This document shows, piece after piece, positions 39,185 through 51,588 of a DNA stretch of 64,000 nucleotides; positions within the stretch are counted from its first letter, which is position 1; each line of letters begins with the position of its first letter. The translations under genes were made by a program, and so were the position numbers. This DNA comes from Octopus sinensis (lineage: Eukaryota): NCBI RefSeq assembly GCF_006345805.1, contig NW_021836128.1, positions 124,001-188,000 of the forward strand, read 5' to 3'. The notes below the pieces were generated by a model. The model was not told the DNA's origin and did no database searches. It was given only the letters and a program-made list of their open reading frames with translations.

Positions 39185-41265
39185 CAAATAAAAAAAGAAA
39201 AAAAAAAGGAAATTACAAAGAAACACGAAAAAATCAAATATAAAAAGTTAACAAATAAAAAAAAGAAAATAAAGCCCAAAAAAAAGAAAATAAAAAAAAA
39301 GAAAAAAAACTTAAAAAATTAAAAAGAAAATAAACAAAAAAAGAAAAAAAAACTTAATAAATAAAAAAAAGAAACTAAAAGACAAAAAAAGAAAAAAAAT
39401 TTAAAAAATAAAAAAAAATTTAAAAATAAAAAAAAATTTAAAAATAAAAAAAAATTAAAAAATAAAAAATTAAAAAACTTTTAAAAAATAAAAAAATGAA
39501 ATAAAAACACAATAAAAATCGAAAAAAAAACACAATAAAAATCAAAAAATTAAACAACTAAAAAATAAAAAAAGAAAATAAAACAAAAAAATCAAAAAAA
39601 GTAAATAAAACACAAAAAAAAGAATAAAAAAATAAAAACACAATAAAAAACAAAAAATAAAAAAACAAAAAATAAAAAATAAAAACAAAAAAAATTCAAA
39701 AAATAAAAAAAAAAATTTAAAAAATAAATGAAAAAAGAAAAAAAAATTAAAAAAATAAAAAAAGAAAATAAAAACACAATAAAAAACAAAAATAAGAAAA
39801 AATTCAAAAAAGAAAAAAAAGGAAATTACAAAGAAACACGAAAAAATCAAATATAAAAAGTTAACAAATAAAAAAAAGAAAATAAAGCCCAAAAAAAAGA
39901 AAATAAAAAAAAAAGAAAAAAAATTTAAAAATTAAAAGAAAATAAACAAAAAAAGAAAAAAAACTAATAAATAAAAAAAAGAAACTAAAAGACAAAAAAA
40001 AGAAAAAAAAAATTAAAAATAAAAAAATTTAAAATAAAAAAAATTTAAAATAAAAAAAAATTAAAAAATAAAAAAAATAAAAAAAATTTTAAAAATAAAA
40101 AAATGAAATAAAAACAAATAAAAATCGAAAAAAAAACAATAAAAATCGAAAAAAAAAAACAAATAAAAATCAAAAAATTAAAAAACTAAAAAATAAAAAA
40201 GAAAATAAAACAAAAAATCAAAAAAAGTAAATAAAACACAAAAAAAAGAATAAAAAAAAATAAAAAACACAATAAAAAACAAAAAATAAAAAAAATAAAA
40301 AAAATAAAAACAAAAAAAAATTCAAAAATAAAAAAATAAAATAAAACACCGCAAAAGACAAAAAAAAAATAAAAAACAAAAAATCGAAAAAAATAAAAAA
40401 AGGAAAATAAAACACAAAAAAAAAAGAAAAAAATTTTAAAAATAAAAAAAGAAAATAAAAACACAAAAAAGCAAAAAATAAGAAAATAAAAAACAAAAAA
40501 AATCAAAAAATACAAAAAAAGTAAAAAATAAAAAAAAGAAAAAAAATTTAAAACATAAAATAAAAAAAATTTAAACATAAAAAAAGAAAATAAAACCCAA
40601 AAAAATCAAAAAATAAGAAAATAAAAAAAAAAAAAAATTAAAAAATAAAAAAAAGTTAAAAAAAAAATAAAACACAAAAAATCAAAAAATAAGAAAATAA
40701 AAACAAAAAAATTAAAAAATAAAAAAAAGTTAAAAAATAAAAAAAAAGAAAATAAACAAAAAAAGAAAAAAAATTAAAAAATAAAACAAAAAATTTAAAT
40801 AAAAAAAAGAAACTAAAACACCAAAAAAGAAAAAAATTTAAAAAATAAAACAAAAAATTTAAATAAAAAAAGAAACTAAACACCAAAAAAGAAAAAATTA
40901 AAAATAAAACAAAAAATTTAAATAAAAAAAAGAAAATAAAACACAAAAAAAGAAAATATCTGTAGAAACCTCCGGGGCCATGAGCCAAAAATCGTTTGAA
41001 AATCGTCGTGAGGGTCGGGAATCTGATCTCGAGAAGACGGAAGAGCCTCGGGAGAAGCAATGGTTGTTCCAAAGAATATCCATTGCGATCCTGAGGGGCA
41101 AGTCTTCTCGATCATCAGCAGCTAAGATTATGATGATCATTTTCGCTCTTTGATTTTAATAAGATTCTATTTTTGATAAAACACAATAAAAAACAAAAAA
41201 TAAAAAAAAATAAAACACAAAAAAAAATTTTAAAATAAAAAAAGAAAATAACAAAAAAACTTTAA
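39185..41265. repeat. A-rich low-complexity tract with ~615-bp internal duplication
   Basis: Strongly A-biased plus strand; GGAAATTACAAAGAAACACG at ~39208 and ~39821. Confidence 0.9.
40958..41135 (+). mobile_element. CRE-like 3' fragment within the A-rich tract
   Basis: SVETSGAM... and KQWLFQRISIAILRG. Confidence 0.8.
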
Positions 41266-41451
41266 AATTTGTCTGCCGCCGTGTGTGCACACTTCAACAA
41301 ACCGTGCGCGGAACGCGGAAGCAACCGTACTGCTGGGCTCTAACCCCTGCCCCGTCGAGCACGCAGATCGAGCTGGATCTCTTAATTGATTCTTATTTTC
41401 ACTTAAAAATTATTTACTTTGAATTAAAATTAGATTAATTTTTTAACAGCC

Positions 41452-41645
41452 TATTAAGATAATGCTTAAGAGCCCTTACAGTTTCCGGAAATTTAGCTTA
41501 GTGACCTTGATTAGACAAACCACTTCAGATAGCAATTAAGATAAGGCTTAAGAGCCCTTTACAGTTTACGGAAATTAGGCTTAGTGACCTTGATTAGACA
41601 AACCACTTCAGATAGCAATTAAGATAAGACAAGGCTTAAGAGCGT
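41452..41645. repeat. ~83-bp tandem repeat x ~2.3 upstream of the Helitron ORF
   Basis: ATTAAGATAA.GCTTAAGAGCCCTTACAGTTT.CGGAAATT...CACTTCAGATAGCA repeated. Confidence 0.9.
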
Positions 41646-41692
41646 TAAATGTTCAATATGTATTACTGCGTGGCGTAAAAAATAAGATTAGT

Positions 41693-44600
41693 ATGGTGGG
41701 TAGTCAGAATATGGAGAGTTTCACCGAAGATATCGTGGATGCCAAAACAAACGAACAAACTGAGCTTGGGGGGAGTGTAAGTAATGTAGGTGCGGGCATA
41801 GGTAATATAGGTGTAGGAAATGCAGGAAATGTGGGCGCAGGAAGTGTAGGTAGTGTAGGTGCATGCGTAGGTAATCTAGGTGCAGGAAATGTAGGTAGTG
41901 TAGGCTTATGTAATGTCAGAGAAAATAAGATTACTCATCAGTTGTCAGAAGATCATCAATCGATCCGTTTCGATGAAAATAACTTCAGTAAAGAGGTATT
42001 AATATTAGATTTATTTTTAGTGTATGGAAACGGATTACCTATTGAGAAACAAAGAATATTTGGAAAATACACAGGTTTTAGATAATTTATGTAGCACGAA
42101 ACGTAAAAAAGTTAGTGTAGGAAATAATAATTTTAAACGATATAGTTTCGATGATATGAGTGTTAGTCTAGATAATAAATTTAACATTAAAGTAAATAGT
42201 TCAAATGAGACGTTTTCGATCTCAAATTTTAGACGAGAAAAGAATAGATTGCGCATGGCTATGAAAAGGGCAGCCGAGTCACAAGATCAAAAGGAACATC
42301 GACAAGAATGCAACAGATTAAGAGCAACTATAAGAAGGAGGCAAGAGACCGATGATATGAGGAATTTCAGAAAAGAACAAGATAGAATGGGGAAGGCTAT
42401 TACTAGGGAACAAGAGTCACAAGAACAGAGGGAACATAGACAAGAACAAGATAGAATGGGGAAGGCTATTAGTAGGGAACAAGAGTCACAAGAACAGAGG
42501 GAACATAGGCAGGAACAAGATAGAATGGGGAAGGCTATTAGTAGGGAACAAGAGTCACAAGAACAGAGGGAACATAGGCAGGAACAAGATAGAATGGGGA
42601 AGGCTATTAGTAGGGAACAAGAGTCACAAGAACAGAGGGAACATAGACAAGAACAAGATAGAATGGCAACGGCTATTAGTAGGGAACAAGAGACAGAAGA
42701 ACAAAGGGAACATAGGCAAGAGCAAAATAGAATGGGAACTGCTATTAGTAGGGAAAAAGAGACTCAAGAACAGAGGGAACATAGGCAAGAACAAGATAGA
42801 ATGGCAACGGCTATTAGTAGGGAACAAGAGACTCAAGAACAGAGGGAACATAGACAAGAACAAGATAGAATGGCAACGGCTATTAGTAGGGAACAAGAGA
42901 CAGAAGAACAAAGGGAACATAGGCAAGAGCAAAATAGAATGGGAACTGCTATTAGTAGGGAAAAAGAGACTCAAGAACAGAGGGAACATAGGCAAGAACA
43001 AGATAGAATGGCAACGGCTATTAGTAGGGAACAAGAGACTCAAGAACAGAGGGAACATAGGCAAGAACAAGATAGAATGGCAACGGCTATTAGTAGGGAA
43101 CAAGAGTCACAACAACAGAGGGAACATAGACAAGAACAAGATAGAATGGCAACGGCTATTAGTAGGGAACAAGAGACTCAAGAACAGAGGGAACATAGGG
43201 AAGAACAAGATAGAATGGCAACGGCTATTAGTAGGGAACAAGAGTCACAAGAACAAAGGGAACATAGGCAAGAACAAGATAGAATGGCAACGGCTATTAG
43301 TAGGGAAAAGAGACTCACAGACAACAAGGGAACATAGGCAAGAACAAGATAGAATGGCAACGGCTATTAGTAGGGAACAAGAGACTCAAGAACAGAGGGA
43401 ACATAGGGAAGAACAAGATAGAATGGCAACGGCTATTAGTAGGGAACAAGAGTCACAACAACAAAGGGAACATAGACAAGAACAAGATAGAATGGCAACG
43501 GCTATTAGTAGGGAACAAGAGACAAAAGAACAAAGGGAACATAGGCAAGAGCAAGATAGAATGGGAACTGCTATTAGTAGGGAACAAGAGACTCAAGAAC
43601 AGAGGGAACATAGGCAAGAACAAGATAGAATGGCAACGGCTATTAGTAGGGAACAAGAGTCACAACAACAAAGGGAATGCCGACGAGATCGGAACACAAG
43701 AAGAAATTCAGTTAGGAGGAACCAACTAACTCAGGATGAACATCAGACAGAAAATCGACTACGAGTTTCACGCAGGAATAGTAGGGTATCAAATTCTATT
43801 GGTTTAGAAAACACTGGATTTAATTATAATAGGGGCATTGAGTATAGAAATTTAGGTAATGTAGGTGCTTTAACGGAGATATGTACTTTTTGTTTAGCTA
43901 TGAAATTTAAGGGGGAAACTATCGGAATGTGCTGCAGTCGCGGAAAGGTACGTTTACCAGTTTTAGACCCGCCTCCTGAGCCTCTTTTAACACTGTTGAG
44001 GAATGATACACCATCATCTAGGCACTTCGTTGATAATATTCGCAGGTACAATAATGTTTTTCAGATGACATCTTTTGGTACAAGTGGAAATTTCAATCCG
44101 ACGGGCTATATGCCCACATTTAAGGTACTTGGGCAAGTGTATCACAGGATGGGTTCACTCCTTCCAAGTGAAGGCGAGGATTTTAAATTTTTACAAATTT
44201 ACTTTATAGATAATCACGAAGAACAATCTAACCGAAGATGTCTAGCAGATTCAAGACTACGAGGCAACATTATTAGTTCGTTGCAAAATATGTTGCAAAT
44301 GTGCAACACGTATATTTCATCTTTTAGATCTGTTCTGAGATCCACAGCAGATGAAGATTGTAAGGTAATTATACATGCAGATAGGACACCTGCAAATGAA
44401 CATAACCGTCGATACAACGCACCAACGTCAAACCAGGTTGGAATTCTAATAGTAGGTCAACACTATGACTCGAGAGACATAATAATAAACAAGAGATCCA
44501 CTGGATTAATGAGAATTTCAGAGACACATCGGTCATATGATGCACTTCAGTACCCATTATTATTTCCGAGAGGAGAGGATGGGTACAATTTTAAGGTAAT

Positions 44601-47600
44601 GCATTTTAATCCGTCGACTGGTTTAACTACTACTAAAAAAACCAGTTGTATGGAATTTTATTCTTATAGGTTGATGATAAGAGAGCAGGAATTCAACATT
44701 CTACATCGTACAGGCCAGTTATTTAATCAGTTTATTGTAGATATGTATGCGAAAATAGAGGCAGAGAGACTTCTCTACATTCGGTTGAATCAGCGGAAAC
44801 TGAGAGCAGAAGAGTATATACATCTAAGAGATGCCATAATGAATGACGGTAATGTGTCTAATGTAGGTCAAATGGTTATTTTGCCTTCGTCATTCACGGG
44901 AGGACCAAGATATATGCATGAGCGAACTCAAGATGCTATGACATACGTTAGAAATTACGGAACTCCGGATCTGTTTATCACTTTTACGTGTAATCCGAAA
45001 TGGCCAGAAATTAGTGATAACATATTTGTAGGACAAAAGGTCGAGTATAGACAAGACATCATAGCACGTGTTTTTAAACAAAAAGTCGATAAGATGATTG
45101 ATCTTCTATGCAAGGGACAGATTTTTGGGAAGACAAGATGCCACATGTATACAGTAGAGTGGCAAAAAAGAGGTTTACCACATATACATATATTAGTATG
45201 GTTAGTAACTAAAATTAGGCCTACAGAGATAGACGATTGCATACGGGCAGAATTGCCAAATCCAAATGAAGATAGAGAATTATACGAGATCATCAAAAGA
45301 AATATGATACATGGTCCGTGTGGCATATATAACAGAACATCACCGTGTATGCAAGATGGTAAGTGTTCTAAAGGGTACCCAAAAAACTTAATAATTAACA
45401 CGCAAACAGGTGAAAATGGATTTCCATTTTACCAGAGAAGGGGAGCAGCTGAAGGAGGATATACTGCAACCCTCCACGAAGGAAAAGAAAATGAAATAAC
45501 AGTTGATAACAGATGGATAGTGCCTTATAATCCACTATTAAGTAAGATTTTTGATGCACATATCAATGTGGAATTTTGTAATTCAATTAGATCAATTAAA
45601 TATGTATGTAAGTACATTAATAAAGGGTCGGATCAGGCAATCTTTTCAATAGAGCAACGTGATGAGCCAACTTTTTATCAACATGGACGCTATATCTGCA
45701 GTAATGAAGGAGCATGGAGAATTTTTGGATATCCGATTCATGAAAGATATCCATTGGTTATGCATTTAGGGGTTCACCTGGAAAATGGGCAAAGAATTTA
45801 TTTCACAGAGCAGAATGCACGCAATCAAGTTACAAATGCAAGAAATTCAACTCTGATGGCATTCTTCGAATTATGTCGTACAGATCAATTTGCAAAGACT
45901 ATATATTATGTTGATGTTCCTAGATATTATACATGGGATGTCGCGGGGAAGAGATTTAAGAGAAGGATAAGAGGAAATCCAGTAAATGGACATTCAGGAA
46001 TTGTAAGTGCAGATGCATTGGGTAGAGTATATACAGTGCATCCAAATAATTTTGAATGTTATTGTGTTAGGTTACTTTTGCACACCGTACGAGGGCCAGA
46101 ATCTTTCACTGATCTACGGACTGTAGATGGAGTACTCTGCGAAACATACAGAGAAGCCTGTTTTAAATTAGGTCTTTTAGAGGATGATAATCACTGGAAT
46201 CAGACTTTAACAGAAGCTGAACTTGCAGATTCCCCATCGCGACTAAGGTATTTATTTACTTTGATGCTAGCCCATTGTGGGTTAGCAAATCCACAACAAC
46301 TGTGGGAAGGTCACCGAGAAAGCATGTGTGAAGATATATTAAGAGAGAAGAATAGATTGAGTTTCGATGCAGAGATTTTCAACATTGGATTAATCATGAT
46401 AGATAGATTGCTAATATCTATCGTTGGTAAGAGTGTAGGTGAATTTGGTTTTATAATCAGCGATATTCATAATATTAATTCATTTGATGAGCATTATAAT
46501 TTAGAAGAACTTCGAACAATAGTGGAAGAAAGAGAACAAAGCTTAACCACTGGCCAGTTGGAGGTATACAGAGAAATTAATCGAGTCATCCAAGAAGAAA
46601 ACGGTTCTATCATTTTTATTGATGCACCGGGTGGAACAGGTAAGACCTATCTTCTAAATCTATTATTAGCTAAGGTCAGAAGCGAAAATAAACTAGCTTT
46701 AGCAGTTGCATCTTCTGGAATTGCTGCAACTCTTTTAGATGGCGGTCGAACCGCACATTCGACATTCAACATTCCGTTGAATCTCTCATATACTACTGAA
46801 CCGGTTTGTAATGTAAAAAAAAATTCAACTACGGGTAATAGAATTATGCATTCTAGGTTAATTGTTTGGGATGAATGTACGATGGCTCATAAAGGCGCAT
46901 TCGAAGCAGTTGATCGAACATATAGAGATATCAAGAATTGTAGCGACCATTTATTTGGGGGAGCAATAGTTGTATTGGCAGGTGATTTTAGACAGACGCT
47001 GCCAATTATTCAAAGAGGGACGCCTGCGGATGAATTGAATGCCTGCCTCAAATCGTCATATTTGTGGACACACGTGAAAAAGGTAAGCTTAGATGTAAAT
47101 GTACGTGCACATTTACAAGGCGTTAATAGCATATTCCCACAAATCCTTCTAGATATTGGAAATGGGGCAATCACTTCAGAAATGCAAGACCAGAAAATTA
47201 GGCTACCGGAAGAATTATGTATTTTCGTAGAAACAGCAGAAGAATTATTGAATGCCGTCTATTCCGAACTATCTGAACACTACGTGAATTTCGACTGGCT
47301 GCGTGAACGAGCTATATTAGCTCCACTTAATGATGAGGTACTTAATATAAATTTAGATTTATTAATGAAAATCCCTGGCAGAGAAAGAATATATAAATCG
47401 GTCGACGTTATTATGGACCATGAAAGGGCCTGCGAATATCCTGTAGAATTTTTAAATTCCTTAGATCCATCTGGAATGCCGAATCATCTATTGAAATTAA
47501 AAATAGGTGTACCGGTTGTGTTACTCCGCAATCTAGCGCCACCTAAATTATGCAATGGTACAAGGTTGGTTATCAAGAATTTGATGGCTAACGTAATAGA

Positions 47601-47906
47601 AGCGACAATATTAACAGGTAATTACAGAGGTGAGGATGTTTATATCCCACGAATACCTCTGATTTCGGAAGAATTACCTTTTAGATTTAAGAGACTACAA
47701 TTTCCGCTGAAGATAAGTTTTGCTATGACAATAAACAAGGCCCAGGGACAGTCTTTAAAGGTAGTAGGCTTATTTTTAGAGAACGAGTGCTTTTCACATG
47801 GCCAGCTGTATGTGGGGTGCTCAAGGGTAGGTAGAAGAGAAATTTATTTATATTTGCCAAGGATGGACGGACTGCAAACATCGTTTATCCACAGGCCTTA
47901 GAATAA
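41693..47906 (+). CDS. Helitron Rep/Helicase (~2060 aa reconstructed): Gly-rich exon, STPR-like repeats, Zn motif, HUH Rep, PIF1 helicase
   Basis: DLFITFTCNPKW, VEWQKRGLPHIH, IKYVCKYINKG; APGGTGKT, IVWDE, GDFRQTLP, FAMTINKAQGQS, HGQLYVGCSRV; 25-nt intron 41996-42020; frameshifts at ~43310-43330 and ~47840. Confidence 0.95.
42276..43726 (+). repeat. Coding 69-bp (23-aa) tandem repeat, ~21 copies
   Basis: Unit ETQEQREHRQEQDRMATAISREQ. Confidence 0.97.
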
Positions 47907-48251
47907 GGTTATATCAAAGCAGGTCGCATTTATATATCTACATAAATTTATAGTTATTTAAGGAAACTGCGAGCGTAGCGAGCAGGGCCTCCGCAGGAGC
48001 TAGCTCGCAGTGAGCGAAGCGAACTGCTGAGCTAGTATTTAATAATATGTCGCGAGCGCAGCGCCGACCCGAGCGTAGACGCGACTTGACAGCTAAAAGC
48101 CTATCATCAACAATATATTTATTAAATTATTTAAAATTTTAACATGATTTAAAATTAAAATTGAAATACACTTAAGTTTTCCATTGAATCCATAAAATAA
48201 TTTATAGTAGACCTTAATAGAAAAGTTAAAATCAATGAATACTGAACGCTA

Positions 48252-50133
48252 CAGTGCGACCTCGAATTGGGGAAAACCAAGTAGCGGGGAAACCCTCTTT
48301 TTTGGGGAAGGAAACCTTGCTTTTGGGGAAATATTTTTGCCATCCCTATAAAATACGATGATTTTTAATGAAATAAACCCCCTACCGGGGAAAAATTTTA
48401 TATTATCATAAACGATTAATTAATATATTTGTATAATTTTTGATTTATTATTATTTATTTATTGTAACCTGTTTTTCCAAATTTGTAATCAATAATTTTA
48501 AAATTTATTTAACCTGGTAACTTAGTTAGTTAGCTAATTAACCTGATAAAAATTGAAATTATCAATTTTTAAAGTTATTTTATAAATTTTAGAAAGCCAA
48601 TGCCTAGAAAACTAAATCAAAGTGAAAAGATCAGAATTTGCAAGGATATACAGTCGGGTCATAAGGACAAAATGATTTGTGAAAGATTTAACATCTCTAA
48701 AGGAATGCTATACCGACTAAAAAAGAAAAGGGAAGGAATCTTAGCTCAAGGTTTCTCAACATCCGAAGGGACAATTGGATACGATTTGAATGCCCAAGTT
48801 TACGAGATTTTTCGTAATCTCAGGTCGAAAGGTTTCCCAATTAATGGGCCAACCTTAAAGCTTATTGCACGTAAAATTGCGTATAGAAATTCAAATCATG
48901 ATTTCACTGCTTCTAATGGATGGCTTTACAGATTTAAGAAACAATTCGAAATAAAATTCAGAATATTACATGGCGAATCACGATCAGCTGATAAAGAAGG
49001 TGCGGAAAACTTCCGATCAACTTTCAATGATTTGCTTGAAAACTATGGGGGAGAAAACATTTTCAACTGTGATGAAACTGCATTATTTTATAAAGCTGTT
49101 TCCAAAAAGAGTTTTGTTGAAAAAAATGAGTCACACAGCGGACATAAAATAAGAAAAGAACGTATGACACTTCTTTTGTGTTGCAGTTTCACAGAGAAAA
49201 ATATAAACCGCTTATAATTGGGCGTACGAAGTCACCAAGAGTATTAAAAGGTGTGAATCTGAGAGAAATTGGCATTGAATATGATGCTTCGTGCAAAGCC
49301 TGGATGACAAAAAATATTTTTGAAAATTGGTTATCTCGATTTAACGAGGAAATGAGAGAGAAAAGAAGGAAAATAGCATTGTTAATTGATAATGCAACTT
49401 GTCATGCTGTTTCTCTCAAACTTTCAAACGTCGACGTAATATTTTTTCCAAAAAATACAAGTTCCTTAATTCAGCCATGTGACCAAGGGATAATAAAGGC
49501 ATTTAAGAATCATTTTAATAACTGGATTATGAAAACAATTATCTATGATAAAAATCCTGCAGGGCAAATAGATGAAGCAATAAAGGGAATTACAATATTG
49601 GATGCTATTTCATGTTCGAAATTGGCATGGGACGAGATTACAGACACTTCAATACAACATTGCTTTGAAAAAGCTTTGGAATATGACTGTCGGGGAAAAA
49701 GAGGACATCGAAAGAAAGTCTGATTAATTCCGATATTGTGGAAAATGCGATTTTGGAGAGTTTCTGGGATGATAACAGTAGTGATGAAGAGGACTGCAGC
49801 GAACAATTTATGGAACATTTGGATGATCAACAAGTTATAAACAATACGGAATGCGCATTCACAATGCTGCTAAATGTTATTAAGCAAGAGACTCCGGAAA
49901 ATGTACTTGATCTATTCAGATTCAAAGCAAATATTATGAGTTCGATGCGAAAAAAACAAAATACTCGATTAAAATTAACTGATTTTTTATTAAAAAATAA
50001 AAATTGTAGTTACCCGTCTCGGTTATATTATTAAGAGAGATATCGAACAGGCGAGACCTAAATTTAATGAAAAACCTTTTTTTGGGGAAAACCTCAAAAT
50101 TGGGGAAAAATTTCCCAATTCGAGGTCGCACTG
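48252..50133 (+). mobile_element. Complete pogo/Tigger transposon, 1882 bp
   Basis: Perfect 20-bp TIR CAGTGCGACCTCGAATTGGG (48252-48271 / 50114-50133); TA on both flanks; subterminal GGGGAAA repeats. Confidence 0.97.
48600..50034 (+). CDS. pogo/Tigger transposase (CENP-B-type HTH + DD30D), two frameshifts
   Basis: GFPINGP, FTASNGWLYRFK, CDETALF, IDNATCH, QPCDQGII with 30 residues between the 2nd and 3rd Asp; frame breaks near 49195 and 49700. Confidence 0.92.
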
Positions 50134-50409
50134 TAACTTGGTTTGGTACATTGACGTTTTTTTTGGTACACCAAAAAAATTTGAGAATCACTCCTATAAA
50201 ATTTAGTAATGTCGGTGAAAATAAAATTAAAAGATTTCAATCGTTAATTGTTATTGGATAAAATTTATATTCATAGTTTGGTGAATACTATCAAAATAAA
50301 ATTTATGATTATTTTTCAATAAATAATAATTTCGCATCAATTAGTAGCAATTAAATTATCTCTAATCGATGAACATTTTGAGAGATTTTATTAGAAAAAA
50401 GCACGTTAT

Positions 50410-50560
50410 ATTAAGTCCCAGCGGCAAGGACGCAGTGTGCGTTGCCCCGAACAATGGCCAGGCCGATGCGCTGCCGGAACCAGAGGCCCTCTTTCGTGTC
50501 CTTGAGCCTCCTCCCGATGGACTGCCCGACCTCGTTGAGGAATTTCATGGGCCCGCTTTT
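50410..50560 (-). mobile_element. CRE-like 3' fragment
   Basis: Minus strand LNEVGQSIGRRLKDTKEGLWFRQRIGLAIVRGNAHCVLAAGT*. Confidence 0.85.
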
Positions 50561-50749
50561 ATCATCAAAAAATAGGAGGAAAATCAAAAAGACTTAATAG
50601 TGCATTCCGTGTTTAATTTTTCCTGTTTTTACCTTAGTCTCGATGTTAAAAAAATTAAAAAAATTAAAAAAATCATCAATTATCATTTTCATTATTTTGT
50701 GACAGGTTGTATTTTATATGCTGCCCGATAACGTCAATTGAATCTAATC

Positions 50750-51501
50750 AATGCCTAAAATGTGCATCAACTTTCAATCCTGTTGTTGGACTGAATTATG
50801 AGATTTGCCTTGGATTCGGTCTATCAATTTAACAAACACTCTAACAGGGGCGCAGAACCGATCAAAGTTGGGTTGACAAACCGCTCATAGACCTTTAAAT
50901 TCCATCAATGTCCCTCCCACGTGACTGCATATCTCTCCGAACTGTCGAAATTATATACGAACATTAACTTCTACGAATAAGCCTAGTTTCTGCATCACAT
51001 TTGAGGAATAATTTAAGATCGCACATTTCACTGATTGTTTTGTTATGAAATGTCAGGATTCCTTCGATGATGATCACCCTCGACGGCGGGATTCCTTGAC
51101 TTTGTCCTTGACTCTAACACAGTCGAATTCTAGCACCAACCTACTGTGTGTCTTGTAGTCGTACACTGGGATTTCGACGGGCTTAAACTGCATCACATCA
51201 TTTAGTTTCTCGATGGCCAAATCCATGTCAAATGCTTCTATTTGTAAGTGGGACAAAGTGACCTGGATTGTCAAAGTCGTAGTCACCGTTGTACGCTGCG
51301 GTTAATTCCTCGGGGTTGAGTTCCTTGTAGAAGCTGTCGAGAGTGAATATTTGGATGTCGTTCAAGTTATATTGAGAAACAATTTTTTCTGTTAATAAGT
51401 TGCAGAAGTATGTCTGTTGGTTGGAAATATGTTAACTGTACTTTTCCAGAGGCACTACCTCCTGCCACACCGATTATGAATGGCCGCAAAACAGTCCTCA
51501 T
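50750..51501 (-). CDS. UCK: Uridine-cytidine kinase, multi-exon; 3' end approximate
   Basis: PFIIGVAGGSASGK^T, LDSFYK, YDFDNP^EAFD, IPVYDYKTHSR, VIIIEGIL, RRDMQSRGRD; introns 51414-51441 and 51238-51262. Confidence 0.9.
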
Positions 51502-51588
51502 GTTGCTGTATTTAACAAATGAGTTAATTCTTTTATTTCTATTTTAGGTTAGCCAATAAATAATTAAAAATTAATTAAACCATTATCA

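Larger units (their letters stand above)
37685..48035 (+). mobile_element. Helitron, putative full length (~10.35 kb); 3' end firm, 5' end inferred
   Basis: A|TC start followed by a (TCTG)n microsatellite; Rep/Hel gene; 3' hairpins ending CTAG|T. Confidence 0.75.

Noticed and set aside
38897-41140. ORFs with RQAEM/LPAAS repeats and Phe-rich ORFs
   Set aside because: Artefacts of the 15-bp repeat and A-rich tract, which are open in several frames
42624-43656. Antisense repeat ORFs (MFPTNSRCHS...)
   Set aside because: Shadow of the 69-bp coding repeat
37685-48035. Fanzor/TnpB or endonuclease cargo in the Helitron
   Set aside because: No RuvC-like or APE motifs found; the helicase is followed directly by the 3' hairpins
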